Source of the DNA: Verrucomicrobiota bacterium
GTDB lineage: Bacteria > Verrucomicrobiota > Verrucomicrobiia > Chthoniobacterales > Chthoniobacteraceae
Assembly (NCBI GenBank): GCA_037143855.1
Contig: JBAWXX010000001.1
Span: forward strand, 43,675-107,674
Direction: 5' to 3'
Length of the DNA stretch: 64,000 bases
The translations under genes and the position numbers were made by a program. Of this stretch, positions 25,977 to 34,379 are shown in pieces; the stretch's first letter is position 1, and each line of letters begins with the position of its first letter. Under the pieces are notes generated by a model. That model ran no database searches and had not been told where the DNA came from. It saw only the letters and a list, made by a program, of their open reading frames with translations.

Positions 25977-27305
25977 TTTCCCGACGCAGAAGGTGGTAAA
26001 TATTTTGCCGAGGAGATCCTCGGTATCGACCCGCCCCACGACGTCGCCAACGGCATCGAGGGCGCTGTGGAGTTCCAGGGCGATGAATTCGGCGGAGAGC
26101 CCGTCTTTCAACGCTTGACGCGCCGCCTGCACGAACCGCGCGGCGCTCTGGAGGCAGGCCTGGTGCCGGGCGTTGATGGCGATGGAAACGTCGCCGCCCG
26201 TGATGCCGCCGCCGAGGGCGCGCTCCCCGATGGCCGCGGCCAGGGGGTCGATGCCGCGCGGCCCGGCGCTCTCCAGGCACGAAACGCGGACGCCCGGGAC
26301 GCCCGCCCACGAGGGGTGCTCTCCCAGGTCGATCTTGTTCAGGACGAGGAGCCGGGAGGGATCGGGCGGCTCCGCGCACGGCTGGCTGGCGTCCACGATG
26401 TGCAGGACGAGGTCGGCCCGCTCCAGGTGCCGCAGGGTCCGGGCGATTCCCTCGCGCTCCACGGCGTCGTGGGCGGTGCGCACTCCGGCGGTGTCGATGA
26501 GCCGCAGGGGGATGCCGCGCAGGTTGATGACTTCCTCGATGGTATCTCGCGTGGTCCCGGGGAGTTCGCTGACGATGGCGCGCTCGAAGCCCAGCAGCCT
26601 GTTGAGCAGGCTCGATTTGCCGACGTTGGGCGCGCCATACAGGACGGTCCGCACGCCCTCGCGCAGGAGCCTCCCCTGGTCCGCCGTCCGCAAGAGCCCG
26701 GCAAGGGCGTCGGCGACGCCTTCCAGCCGCGCCTGAAGGACCGCGCCGGTATCCGGGGTGATCTCTTCTTCGGGGAAGTCGATATACGCCTCCACGTGGG
26801 CGAGAATCTCCGTCAACGTCTCGCGCAAATCCCGGATGCGCCCGCCCAGGCGCCCCTCAAGCTGTTCGGTGGCGGCCCGCAGGCCCAGGTCGGTCTGCGC
26901 CCGGATGAGGTCCATGACGGCTTCGGCCTGCGTGAGGTCCATTTTGCCGTTGAGGAAGGCACGCTGGGTAAATTCGCCGGGGCCGGCGGCCCGCGCCCCA
27001 TGCTCCAGAAGGAGCGCCAATAAACGGCGCGTGACGAGGATGCCGCCATGGCAGGCGATCTCGACCATTTCCTCGCCGGTGTAGCTGGCCGGGGCGCGGA
27101 AGACCGTTAAGAGGACTTCGTCGAGAACCCGCCCCTCCTGGACAATCGCCCCGAATTGCTGGAGGCGCGGGGGCAGCTCGGCCACGCGCCGCTTGGACCG
27201 GAAGAGACCCTCGGCAATCGCGACGGCCCGGGGACCGCTCATCCGCAGGAGCGCGATGGCCCCTTCGCCAAAGGCGGTGGAGAGAGCGGCGATGGTGTCT
27301 TGCAT
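25974..27305 (-). CDS. mnmE: tRNA modification GTPase MnmE (TrmE)
   Basis: ATG at 27305 (MQDTIAALSTAFGEGAIALLRMSGP). G1 motif GAPNVGKSSLLN. C-terminal FCVGK tetrapeptide. The upstream 142 codons of the track ORF overlap lpxA and were rejected. Confidence 0.9.
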   Translation of the reverse strand: MQDTIAALSTAFGEGAIALLRMSGPRAVAIAEGLFRSKRRVAELPPRLQQFGAIVQEGRVLDEVLLTVFRAPASYTGEEMVEIACHGGILVTRRLLALLLEHGARAAGPGEFTQRAFLNGKMDLTQAEAVMDLIRAQTDLGLRAATEQLEGRLGGRIRDLRETLTEILAHVEAYIDFPEEEITPDTGAVLQARLEGVADALAGLLRTADQGRLLREGVRTVLYGAPNVGKSSLLNRLLGFERAIVSELPGTTRDTIEEVINLRGIPLRLIDTAGVRTAHDAVEREGIARTLRHLERADLVLHIVDASQPCAEPPDPSRLLVLNKIDLGEHPSWAGVPGVRVSCLESAGPRGIDPLAAAIGERALGGGITGGDVSIAINARHQACLQSAARFVQAARQALKDGLSAEFIALELHSALDAVGDVVGRVDTEDLLGKIFTTFCVGK

Positions 27306-27312
27306 GGCGCTG

Positions 27313-28155
27313 TTATTCGGCCTCTTCGGCGCGGCCCATCCCGGCGCGCAGGTTGAGGAAATCGCAGATGCCCCGTTTCTTGGACCCGGCCACGAAGTCG
27401 AAGAAATCCCGGCCCGCCTCGCTCCAGGCGCGCTCCCGGGACGCTGCGAGGGCCTGGGCGGTGTTGAGGCCGCTTTTGTAAAGGAGCTTGAAGGCGTCCT
27501 TGACTTCCTGGCGCTGCGCGGCGTCCATGCCGCTGCGGCGAAGGCCGACGACGTTGATCCCCACGATGCCGTTGAGTTTTGCCGCGATAACAAAGGGAGG
27601 GACGTTTTTGCTGATGGCGGCGTTGCCCTGGATGATGGCCTGCCGCCCGACATGAACGAACTGGTGGAAAACGGAGCCGCCGCCGAGGAAAACGCCGGTG
27701 CCGATATGGACGTGCCCGGCAAGGAGCACATTGTTGGCGATCACCACGCGGTCGGCGACTTGGGCGTTGTGCCCGACGTGGGCGCCGGTCATGAGAAAGC
27801 AATGGTCACCAACGCGCGTCTGGGTCCCCTCGCCGGTGCCCCGGTGGAGGGTGGAATATTCGCGGATGCGGTTGTGGGCGCCCAGGACGACCCAACTTTC
27901 CGTCGCGGGGTTGAAGGCGTAATCCTGGGGATCGGCCCCGACGATGGCGCCGTAGCCGATGGTGTTGTGCGCGCCCATGCGGACCCAGCCGGTGACGACG
28001 GCGTGGGCCTGGATGACGCACCCCTCGCCAATCTCCGCCGGGCCTTCAATGACGGCATAGGGGCCCACGCGGACGCCCGCGCCCAGCCGGGCGCCGGGAT
28101 GGATGAGGGCGGTGGGGTGGATCAACGGGGCGGCGGCGGGGTCGGCGGGATTCAT
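27313..28155 (-). CDS. lpxA: Acyl-ACP--UDP-N-acetylglucosamine O-acyltransferase LpxA
   Basis: Left-handed beta-helix hexapeptide repeats (IHPTALIHPGARLGAGVRVGPYAVIEGPAEIGEGCVI...) and the LpxA C-terminal helical domain (VGLRRSGMDAAQRQEVKDAFKLLYKSG). The start is ATG at 28155, or 28197 for the longer form. Confidence 0.9.
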   Translation of the reverse strand: MNPADPAAAPLIHPTALIHPGARLGAGVRVGPYAVIEGPAEIGEGCVIQAHAVVTGWVRMGAHNTIGYGAIVGADPQDYAFNPATESWVVLGAHNRIREYSTLHRGTGEGTQTRVGDHCFLMTGAHVGHNAQVADRVVIANNVLLAGHVHIGTGVFLGGGSVFHQFVHVGRQAIIQGNAAISKNVPPFVIAAKLNGIVGINVVGLRRSGMDAAQRQEVKDAFKLLYKSGLNTAQALAASRERAWSEAGRDFFDFVAGSKKRGICDFLNLRAGMGRAEEAE

Positions 28156-28204
28156 GGTTGCGCTGGAGGATAGTGCAACCGAACGCGGAAGTGGCAAGTT
28201 TGTT

Positions 28205-28849
28205 CTACCTAAACTCCGCGAGGATGCGGATGACCTCGGCGTCGCTCACCGGGTCGAACTGCTCGTAAAACTGCCCGACGGCGTAAAATTCGGGGGCGCG
28301 GTTCAAGACGACGACCTGGTCGGCCGCCTGCTCCAGCGTGGGGAGAATTTCGGCGGGGGCCACTGGCACGGCCAGGATCCGCTGGGCCGCCCCGCCCCGC
28401 CGCAGCGCCGCGAGGGCGGAGAGAGCGGTGGAGCCGGTGGCGACGCCGTCGTCCACCAGCACGACGTGGCGGCCCTGCACCCGGATGGGAGCGCCGCTGC
28501 CCCGGAAGAGGATCATGCGGCGCTCCAGTTCCTCCCGTTCGCGCCGCGCGGCGGCTTCCAGGTAGGCCTGGCTGACGCCCAGGGCCTCGATGACGCGGGT
28601 ATCCAGGAAACATTCGCCATGGGAGGAGACGGAGCCGACGGCCAGTTCGGGGTTGCCGGGCGCGCCGATTTTCCGCGCCAGCCAGACATCCAGGGGGGCT
28701 CGGAGGGCGCGGGCCACCTCGGCCCCCGTGACCACGCCGCCGCGCGGGATGGCCAGGACGAGGAGGCCGTCGTGGCCCGGCGTTATAATGGCTTTGACGG
28801 CTTCGCCCAGGAGGCGGCCCGCCTCGGTTCTATCCCGGTAGATTTTCAT
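28205..28849 (-). CDS. Phosphoribosyltransferase-family protein
   Basis: ATG at 28849 (MKIYRDRTEAGRLL). PRPP-binding loop VVLVDDGVATGST. Confidence 0.8.
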   Translation of the reverse strand: MKIYRDRTEAGRLLGEAVKAIITPGHDGLLVLAIPRGGVVTGAEVARALRAPLDVWLARKIGAPGNPELAVGSVSSHGECFLDTRVIEALGVSQAYLEAAARREREELERRMILFRGSGAPIRVQGRHVVLVDDGVATGSTALSALAALRRGGAAQRILAVPVAPAEILPTLEQAADQVVVLNRAPEFYAVGQFYEQFDPVSDAEVIRILAEFR

Positions 28850-28923
28850 GCTCCCCCATTTCGCGGCGGCGGAGCGGGCCGGACGGAAGGACGGTTTTTT
28901 CCGCTGCTTCCGGCGCACTGCTG

Positions 28924-29946
28924 TCAGTTGGCCCCGGGGGCGGCGCTGCCCGGCGTGGGAGAGGCGCTAGGAACGGGAGCTTGAGGCGCGGCGGCTCCGG
29001 GAAGCATCCCTTCGAGCTGGGTAATCCAATTGGCCAGGTCGGGGTGGTCCGGGTAGGTCTTGACGAGGGTGAGCATGTCGGTCATGGCGCGGTTGCGCAG
29101 GCCGATGGCTATCATGTCCAGAGCCCGTTGCCAAACGAGCTGCGGACGGCGCACGGTGTTGAATTGATCGATTTTGAAGGCGACTCCGGATTTGTTGGCA
29201 TCCTGGGTTTCCTGCTGGATTTTATGATCCCAATAGGCAAGGAGCCGCGGGTTTTTGGTTTGCCGGTAGTAAGGGAGGAGGGTGCTCTGGTACATGCCAT
29301 CGGCATTGCCCGGGGAAAACTCCCATTCTTTGGCGCCTTCGAGCAGGGAGGCGGCCCCATACCACTGCACAAAGATGCTGCTTTTCACGCTCTGCTTGAT
29401 GAGCTCCTGCTCCCAAAAGAGGGGGATGCGGGCGGGCGGGACCTTCCCTTTAGGGAGGCGATAGCCAGCGTCCTTTAACTCCTGCTCCCGATCGCGCCGG
29501 TATTGAATGGTGTCATCCTTTGCACCGGCGTCGGTCAGCGCGGCGATGTGGGCCAGCAATGCCGGCTCCAGTTGCTGGGTGGTGGCTCCGGCCGACCGCT
29601 GGAGGGTGAGCAAAAGGTAGCTGAGATGGAGCCGGGTGGCGTTCTGCGCGGCTTCGCTTTTCTCCCACTCCTGGAGGTCGGCACGGGGTTTGTCAGGCTG
29701 GATGGCTTGGACAGCGCGGTCGTAAAAGGCGATGGCGGCGGCATTGCTGGATGCGGCGGTGCGGAAATCCTGCTGGACTCTGGCTTCGAAGTTCTTTTCC
29801 GCGACGGCCCGCTTGGCTTTGATCTCCTTGAGGGTTTGCGCCAACGCTTTCAGATCGACTGGCGCGGCGTCCTCCGCCCAGGCGGCGCCGGCAAAAGCCA
29901 AAAGAGACACCGCACACAGCATGCAAGGGAGGGAATGCTTTTTCAT
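28924..29946 (-). CDS. Secreted hypothetical protein with a Pro/Ala-rich C-terminus
   Basis: ATG at 29946 gives the signal peptide MKKHSLPCMLCAVSLLAFAGAAWA. It is 340 aa with protein-like composition and no motif that I recognise. Confidence 0.65.
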   Translation of the reverse strand: MKKHSLPCMLCAVSLLAFAGAAWAEDAAPVDLKALAQTLKEIKAKRAVAEKNFEARVQQDFRTAASSNAAAIAFYDRAVQAIQPDKPRADLQEWEKSEAAQNATRLHLSYLLLTLQRSAGATTQQLEPALLAHIAALTDAGAKDDTIQYRRDREQELKDAGYRLPKGKVPPARIPLFWEQELIKQSVKSSIFVQWYGAASLLEGAKEWEFSPGNADGMYQSTLLPYYRQTKNPRLLAYWDHKIQQETQDANKSGVAFKIDQFNTVRRPQLVWQRALDMIAIGLRNRAMTDMLTLVKTYPDHPDLANWITQLEGMLPGAAAPQAPVPSASPTPGSAAPGAN

Positions 29947-30117
29947 AACAGAAGGGAGGAGGAAAGCAGGCCCATCCAATGGAGCAAATTTCGCGGCAAT
30001 GTAAAGCCCGGAAGGGAGACTCCTTCCCAAAACGGAAACCGGGTGCGGACCGATGTTGAGCTTGCACCGGCAGCGCTTCTTGAGGAAACTTGCTGGTTTC
30101 CAAAGGCTTTTTATCCC

Positions 30118-33100
30118 GTGGGCGTTCCATCCAAATCTTCCTTTTTCCGGCGCGTGCGTCTCGCGCTCCTCCTTGTCACAGGCTTTCTTCTTCTGGTTTT
30201 GCTGGAACCGCACCTGTTCTGCCTGGCGGTCAAAGAAACGGTCCTCTTGGAGGCGGCGCGCCACGGCGTCTCGCTACACATCGACGCGGTGGGGGGGCGC
30301 TTATTCCAGCCGCTGGTCTTCCGGGACGTCCGCTTCACCACCTCGCGGGCGGCGGTCGTCTCCAAAGTCAGCATCCACTCGGCCACGGCCGGTTTTTCCT
30401 GGCGGGCGCTGATGCTCCAGCGGGGGCACGGATTTTTTGACCGCCTCACGCTCGACGGCGTCCGCGCGGACGTCACCTTCCAGCCCTACGCCCACGAAGC
30501 GGAGCCCGCGACGACGCCCTCCCAGCGGGAACTGGAATTCCAGCCCTGGCTGCCGACGCCCTCCCATGCAGAGGTGTTCAACTCCGGCTTCGTCTTTCAC
30601 CTGGGCAAGCGGACCGTCACGTTTGAGGATGTCCGCTTCACCGTCAGCTCCCTCCAACCCGGCGTCATCGCCGTCGAGAAGCTGACCCTGGACGGGGTCC
30701 GCTTCAGCCGGACCTTCACCGTCCTGCGCGGCACCACCGCCCTCCAGGGAGCGCGCTGGCGCGTGGCCGACCTGAATTTGAGCGACGGCGTGGTCCTCAA
30801 CAGCCTCTCCTGCGATCTCGACGACCTGGCCCGCGGGGTCTTGCAGGTCGAGTTCGACTTCGCGGCCTTCGGCGGCTCCCTGCGGGGCGAAATCCTGAAC
30901 ACTTCCGACGCGGGCCGTCCCCTGTATGAAGCCGCGGGGCAGTTCTCCACCCTTTCCGTGGAGGCGCTCGGCAAGTTCCTCCGCGCGCCGGAGCAAACCG
31001 GCGGCATCATCAAAGAAGGCCGGTTTTCCTTCCGGGGCTCGCTCCACGACCTGGAAAACGCCACCCTCTCCACCCGCTTTGAAGCCACCGACTTCCGCTG
31101 GGGCAAACGCCAGTGGAACTCGCTCATCCTCGGCGCCACCGTCGTCAACCGCCGGGTGCAGATCCCCGAACTCCAGCTCCAGCAAGCCCACAACACCCTG
31201 CAACTGAAGGGGGACCTGGCGCTTCCAGCGGAGGGAACGCCCTGGTGGCTCTCCGATTTCAGCTTTGACATCGCCGCCCGCATCCAGAACTTAAGCGAAC
31301 TCTCCGCCCTCTTCGGCCCGCAATTCGCCGACGCCGCCGGGAAAGCCACCATCGACGGCTCCATCCGTGGCGAAGGCAAATCCTACACGGGCCAACTGCT
31401 CGTCGCCGGGAACAAACTCTCCTGGCGCGGCGTCCCCTTTGACATGCTCAACGCCGGGATCAAACTGGACGGCAACGAACTCCAAATCGTCAACCTGGAA
31501 GCGACCCGGGGCACGGACTTCGTGCGCGGAAGCGGTTCCTTGAACATTCTTGGCCAGCAGCGCTACCAGGGAGAAGTAAACGCCTCCATTGAAGAACTGG
31601 CCGTTTACGCGCCGATGCTGCAAAAGCCGATCGTGCCCGCGCCCCTGGTGGGCGGGGTGGTCGTCAACTGGTCCGGCGACGGCTCCCCCGGAGCCCACTC
31701 CGGCGCGTTCAGGGCCCATTGCCGCAAACTGCGCACGCCGGGGACCCAGGAGATCCCCGCCACGCTCCCCATCGACGCGGACCTGGAGGGAACCTACGCC
31801 CCCGGCGGCCTCGCGCTCAACAAGTGCATCCTGGCCAACGACGACACCCGGCTGGAAGGGCGGCTGGTGGCGGATAACGCATCGGTCAAACTCGAAGGCG
31901 TCAGGCTCACGCAAGCCAAGGTTCCGTGGCTGGAAGGCGAAGCGATCCTCCCCTTCAACCTCTTCCAGTGGTGGGTGCAGCCGGGGGCCTCGGCGCTCAA
32001 CCCGGACGCCCCCCTCAAAGCGCAACTCACCGCCAAAGGCGTGCAACTGGAGGAAGTCGCCCACCTCACCGGCCGTCCCCTCCCCGTCCGAGGGCTCCTC
32101 ACCGGCACGCTCAAAACCGAAAGCACCTTAAGGTCCCTCTTCATGACCGGCTCCCTCAAGCTCGCCAACGGGCAGATCCCGGCCACCGAATGGTTCCCCG
32201 CGCTGGAAAGGCTGGAAGCCGAGGCGGAAATCGACGGCAACGTCCTGCGCTTCAGCAAACTGGCCGCCCATCCCGTGTGGGGCGATCTCTCGGCCACCGG
32301 CTCGCTCGACTTTTCCCAATTCGACGCCCCCGTCTTCGACCTCCTCCTTCACGGGGAGAAGCTCCGCTTCCAGGCCGGGCCGCAGTGGGCTGGCAGCGCC
32401 GCCATGGACGTGGCCGTAACCGGCACGCGGGCTCTCGCATCCGTCACCGGGGCGGCCCAGATCACCGCGCTGGAAACCACGCCGAAGCCCGCCTTCGGTG
32501 CGCTCATCGTCACCGGCAATCCCGAAACAATCCGTGTGCCCGCGCCTGCCATCACCCTCAGCCCGCCTTTCGACCGCTGGACCTACCGCGTCACCGCCGC
32601 CACCGCCGAGCCGATCAAGCTCAAAGAGGGCGCCCTTAGCGCCAACCTGCGCTTCACCGGCTCGGGAACCCCGCTCACGGCCACCGGGAGCGTCACCTTC
32701 ACCGGGCTCTCCGCCACCACCACCTTCGCCCTTGGCAAATTGGAAACCGGGACGTGGTACCTCCCCCAGGGCGCGGACGATCCCGGCTATGTCGTGGCCC
32801 GGGTCAACGGGCGGCTCCTGGGCCAATCCTCGACCCCCATATACGAGGGGATTTACTTCGGGACGCCCCAGCAGATCTCCTCCGCTTTCTGGGGCAACGA
32901 TCCGGCCGACGACGCCTTGATCCAAACGGCGCTTACTCCCGGCGCGCAGCCGCTCCCGCCTGACACCGCCAAGCTGCCGGTGGACACAACCCTCCTGGAT
33001 TTCTACACCCCGCCGCAACCTCCCGCCGCAAACGAGGCCCAACCGGCATCCCAACCGGCATCCCAACCGGCATCCCAACCGGCATCCCAACCGGCACCCC

Positions 33101-33177
33101 AACCGGCACCCCAACCGGCACCCCAACCGGCACCCCAACCGGCACCCTCTCCCTCGCCGTCCAACGCCATGCCATGA
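30118..33177 (+). CDS. Large AsmA/TamB-like envelope protein (N-terminal anchor, long beta-rich body, repetitive C-terminal tail)
   Basis: The start is proposed at the in-frame GTG at 30118, just before the TM helix RLALLLVTGFLLLVLL; the exact start is uncertain. It is about 1019 aa with repetitive beta-strand-like segments (LTLDGVRADVTF, LNLSDGVVLNSLSCDL, ...). It ends in (QPAS)4(QPAP)5. The family call is from memory. Confidence 0.65.
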   Translation: MGVPSKSSFFRRVRLALLLVTGFLLLVLLEPHLFCLAVKETVLLEAARHGVSLHIDAVGGRLFQPLVFRDVRFTTSRAAVVSKVSIHSATAGFSWRALMLQRGHGFFDRLTLDGVRADVTFQPYAHEAEPATTPSQRELEFQPWLPTPSHAEVFNSGFVFHLGKRTVTFEDVRFTVSSLQPGVIAVEKLTLDGVRFSRTFTVLRGTTALQGARWRVADLNLSDGVVLNSLSCDLDDLARGVLQVEFDFAAFGGSLRGEILNTSDAGRPLYEAAGQFSTLSVEALGKFLRAPEQTGGIIKEGRFSFRGSLHDLENATLSTRFEATDFRWGKRQWNSLILGATVVNRRVQIPELQLQQAHNTLQLKGDLALPAEGTPWWLSDFSFDIAARIQNLSELSALFGPQFADAAGKATIDGSIRGEGKSYTGQLLVAGNKLSWRGVPFDMLNAGIKLDGNELQIVNLEATRGTDFVRGSGSLNILGQQRYQGEVNASIEELAVYAPMLQKPIVPAPLVGGVVVNWSGDGSPGAHSGAFRAHCRKLRTPGTQEIPATLPIDADLEGTYAPGGLALNKCILANDDTRLEGRLVADNASVKLEGVRLTQAKVPWLEGEAILPFNLFQWWVQPGASALNPDAPLKAQLTAKGVQLEEVAHLTGRPLPVRGLLTGTLKTESTLRSLFMTGSLKLANGQIPATEWFPALERLEAEAEIDGNVLRFSKLAAHPVWGDLSATGSLDFSQFDAPVFDLLLHGEKLRFQAGPQWAGSAAMDVAVTGTRALASVTGAAQITALETTPKPAFGALIVTGNPETIRVPAPAITLSPPFDRWTYRVTAATAEPIKLKEGALSANLRFTGSGTPLTATGSVTFTGLSATTTFALGKLETGTWYLPQGADDPGYVVARVNGRLLGQSSTPIYEGIYFGTPQQISSAFWGNDPADDALIQTALTPGAQPLPPDTAKLPVDTTLLDFYTPPQPPAANEAQPASQPASQPASQPASQPAPQPAPQPAPQPAPQPAPSPSPSNAMP
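33038..33145 (+). repeat. Coding 12-bp tandem repeat, 9 units (4 x CCCAACCGGCAT + 5 x CCCAACCGGCAC)
   Basis: Read directly from the sequence. It encodes QPASQPASQPASQPASQPAPQPAPQPAPQPAPQPAP at the C-terminus of the TamB-like protein. Confidence 0.95.
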
Positions 33178-34364
33178 ACCCGGACGACAGACCTCCCATT
33201 CCCGGCGACCCGCCCTCGGGCCGGGAGGAGGAACGCTCCCGCCCCGGCGTCTTTCTCGGGACGTTTTGCAGCATCCGGTTTTACCTCGACTACTCCTGGT
33301 TTTTCATCGCCGCGCTGGTCATCTATTCCCTGGCCACCTACTTCTTCCCCCACCAACTGTCGGGCCGCGACCCGGCGGTTTACATCGCCATGGGGACGAT
33401 TGCGACGCTCCTCTTCTTTCTCTCCATCCTCCTGCACGAGCTGGGCCACAGCATCGTGAGCCAGCGGTGCGGCATCCCCGTCCCGAGCATCACCCTCCTT
33501 TTCATCGGCGGCATCGCGGAAATCTCCCGCGAGCCGGACGACCCCCGCACAGAACTCAAAATCGCCGTCGCGGGCCCCATCGTCTCGATCCTGCTCGCGG
33601 CGCTGTACGCCTTCATCGCCTGGGGCTGCGCCCTGGCCGGTTTCGTGGAGGGAGGGCTCGTCTTCCAATGGCTGGCCAGCGTCAACCTCTTCCTGGTGAT
33701 CTTCAACGCCATCCCCGGTTATCCGCTCGACGGCGGCCGCATCCTGCGCGCGCTTCTCTGGATGCGCAGTGGCGGGTTCCGGCAAGCCACGTTCATCACC
33801 TCGCGCATCGGCGTCTTCTTTAGTTGGATGCTCATCGCCCTCGGCATCTTCGTCATCATGGGCGGAGAATGGGGCCAGGGCCTCCTCTTCCTGATCATCG
33901 GCATCTTCTTAAAAAGCGCGGCCGAAAGCGGGTACACACAAGCCCTTTCCAAGGAAATCCTGGGCGGCCTGCGCGCCAGCGACCTCATGACGCACCCCGC
34001 CATCTGCATCCCCGCCAGCCTCCCGCTCAACCTCGCCGTGGACGATTATTTCCTGACCAACCACCACGTCGCCTTCCCGGTCGTGGAAGACGGCGGACGC
34101 TTCCGGGGGCTCCTGCGGCTGGAACATCTCAAAACCGTCCCGCGCGAGAAATGGCCCTACACCCTCGTCGGCGCGGTGGCCGAAGCCCAGGACAGCCGCC
34201 TCGCCATCCCGGCCACCTCCACCGCCGAGAACGCCTTGCGCATCCTGCTGGTGGCAGGCCAAGGCCGCCTGGGCGTGGTAGATGAAGCCGGGCAGCTGGT
34301 GGGTATCCTCACCCGCCACGATTTGCTGCACTACCTCCGGATTCACACGGAGCTGGAGGGCTGA
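33174..34364 (+). CDS. Site-2 protease family (M50) intramembrane metalloprotease with a C-terminal CBS pair
   Basis: HELGH zinc motif (LLHELGHSIV) and a second motif NAIPGYPLDGGRIL. The C-terminal CBS-like segments are HHVAFPVVEDGGRFRGLL and LGVVDEAGQLVGILTRHDLL. The start overlaps the upstream stop (ATGA). Confidence 0.9.
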   Translation: MNPDDRPPIPGDPPSGREEERSRPGVFLGTFCSIRFYLDYSWFFIAALVIYSLATYFFPHQLSGRDPAVYIAMGTIATLLFFLSILLHELGHSIVSQRCGIPVPSITLLFIGGIAEISREPDDPRTELKIAVAGPIVSILLAALYAFIAWGCALAGFVEGGLVFQWLASVNLFLVIFNAIPGYPLDGGRILRALLWMRSGGFRQATFITSRIGVFFSWMLIALGIFVIMGGEWGQGLLFLIIGIFLKSAAESGYTQALSKEILGGLRASDLMTHPAICIPASLPLNLAVDDYFLTNHHVAFPVVEDGGRFRGLLRLEHLKTVPREKWPYTLVGAVAEAQDSRLAIPATSTAENALRILLVAGQGRLGVVDEAGQLVGILTRHDLLHYLRIHTELEG

Positions 34365-34379
34365 AGAAGAGACTATAGT

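Noticed and set aside
25974-27731. Full 585-aa version of the mnmE ORF
   Set aside because: The first 142 codons are Ser/Pro/Ala-rich, overlap lpxA on the same strand in another frame, and precede the canonical MnmE N-terminus at ATG 27305.
29503-30117. N-terminal 205 codons of the 1224-aa TamB-like track ORF
   Set aside because: This part is antisense to the well-supported secreted-protein gene 28924..29946 and contains no TM or signal sequence. The first plausible start is the GTG at 30118, just before the membrane anchor. The exact start remains uncertain.
33038-33145. Possible CRISPR array or non-coding satellite
   Set aside because: The units are contiguous 12-mers with no spacers. They lie in frame inside a long ORF and encode a QPAS/QPAP tail.
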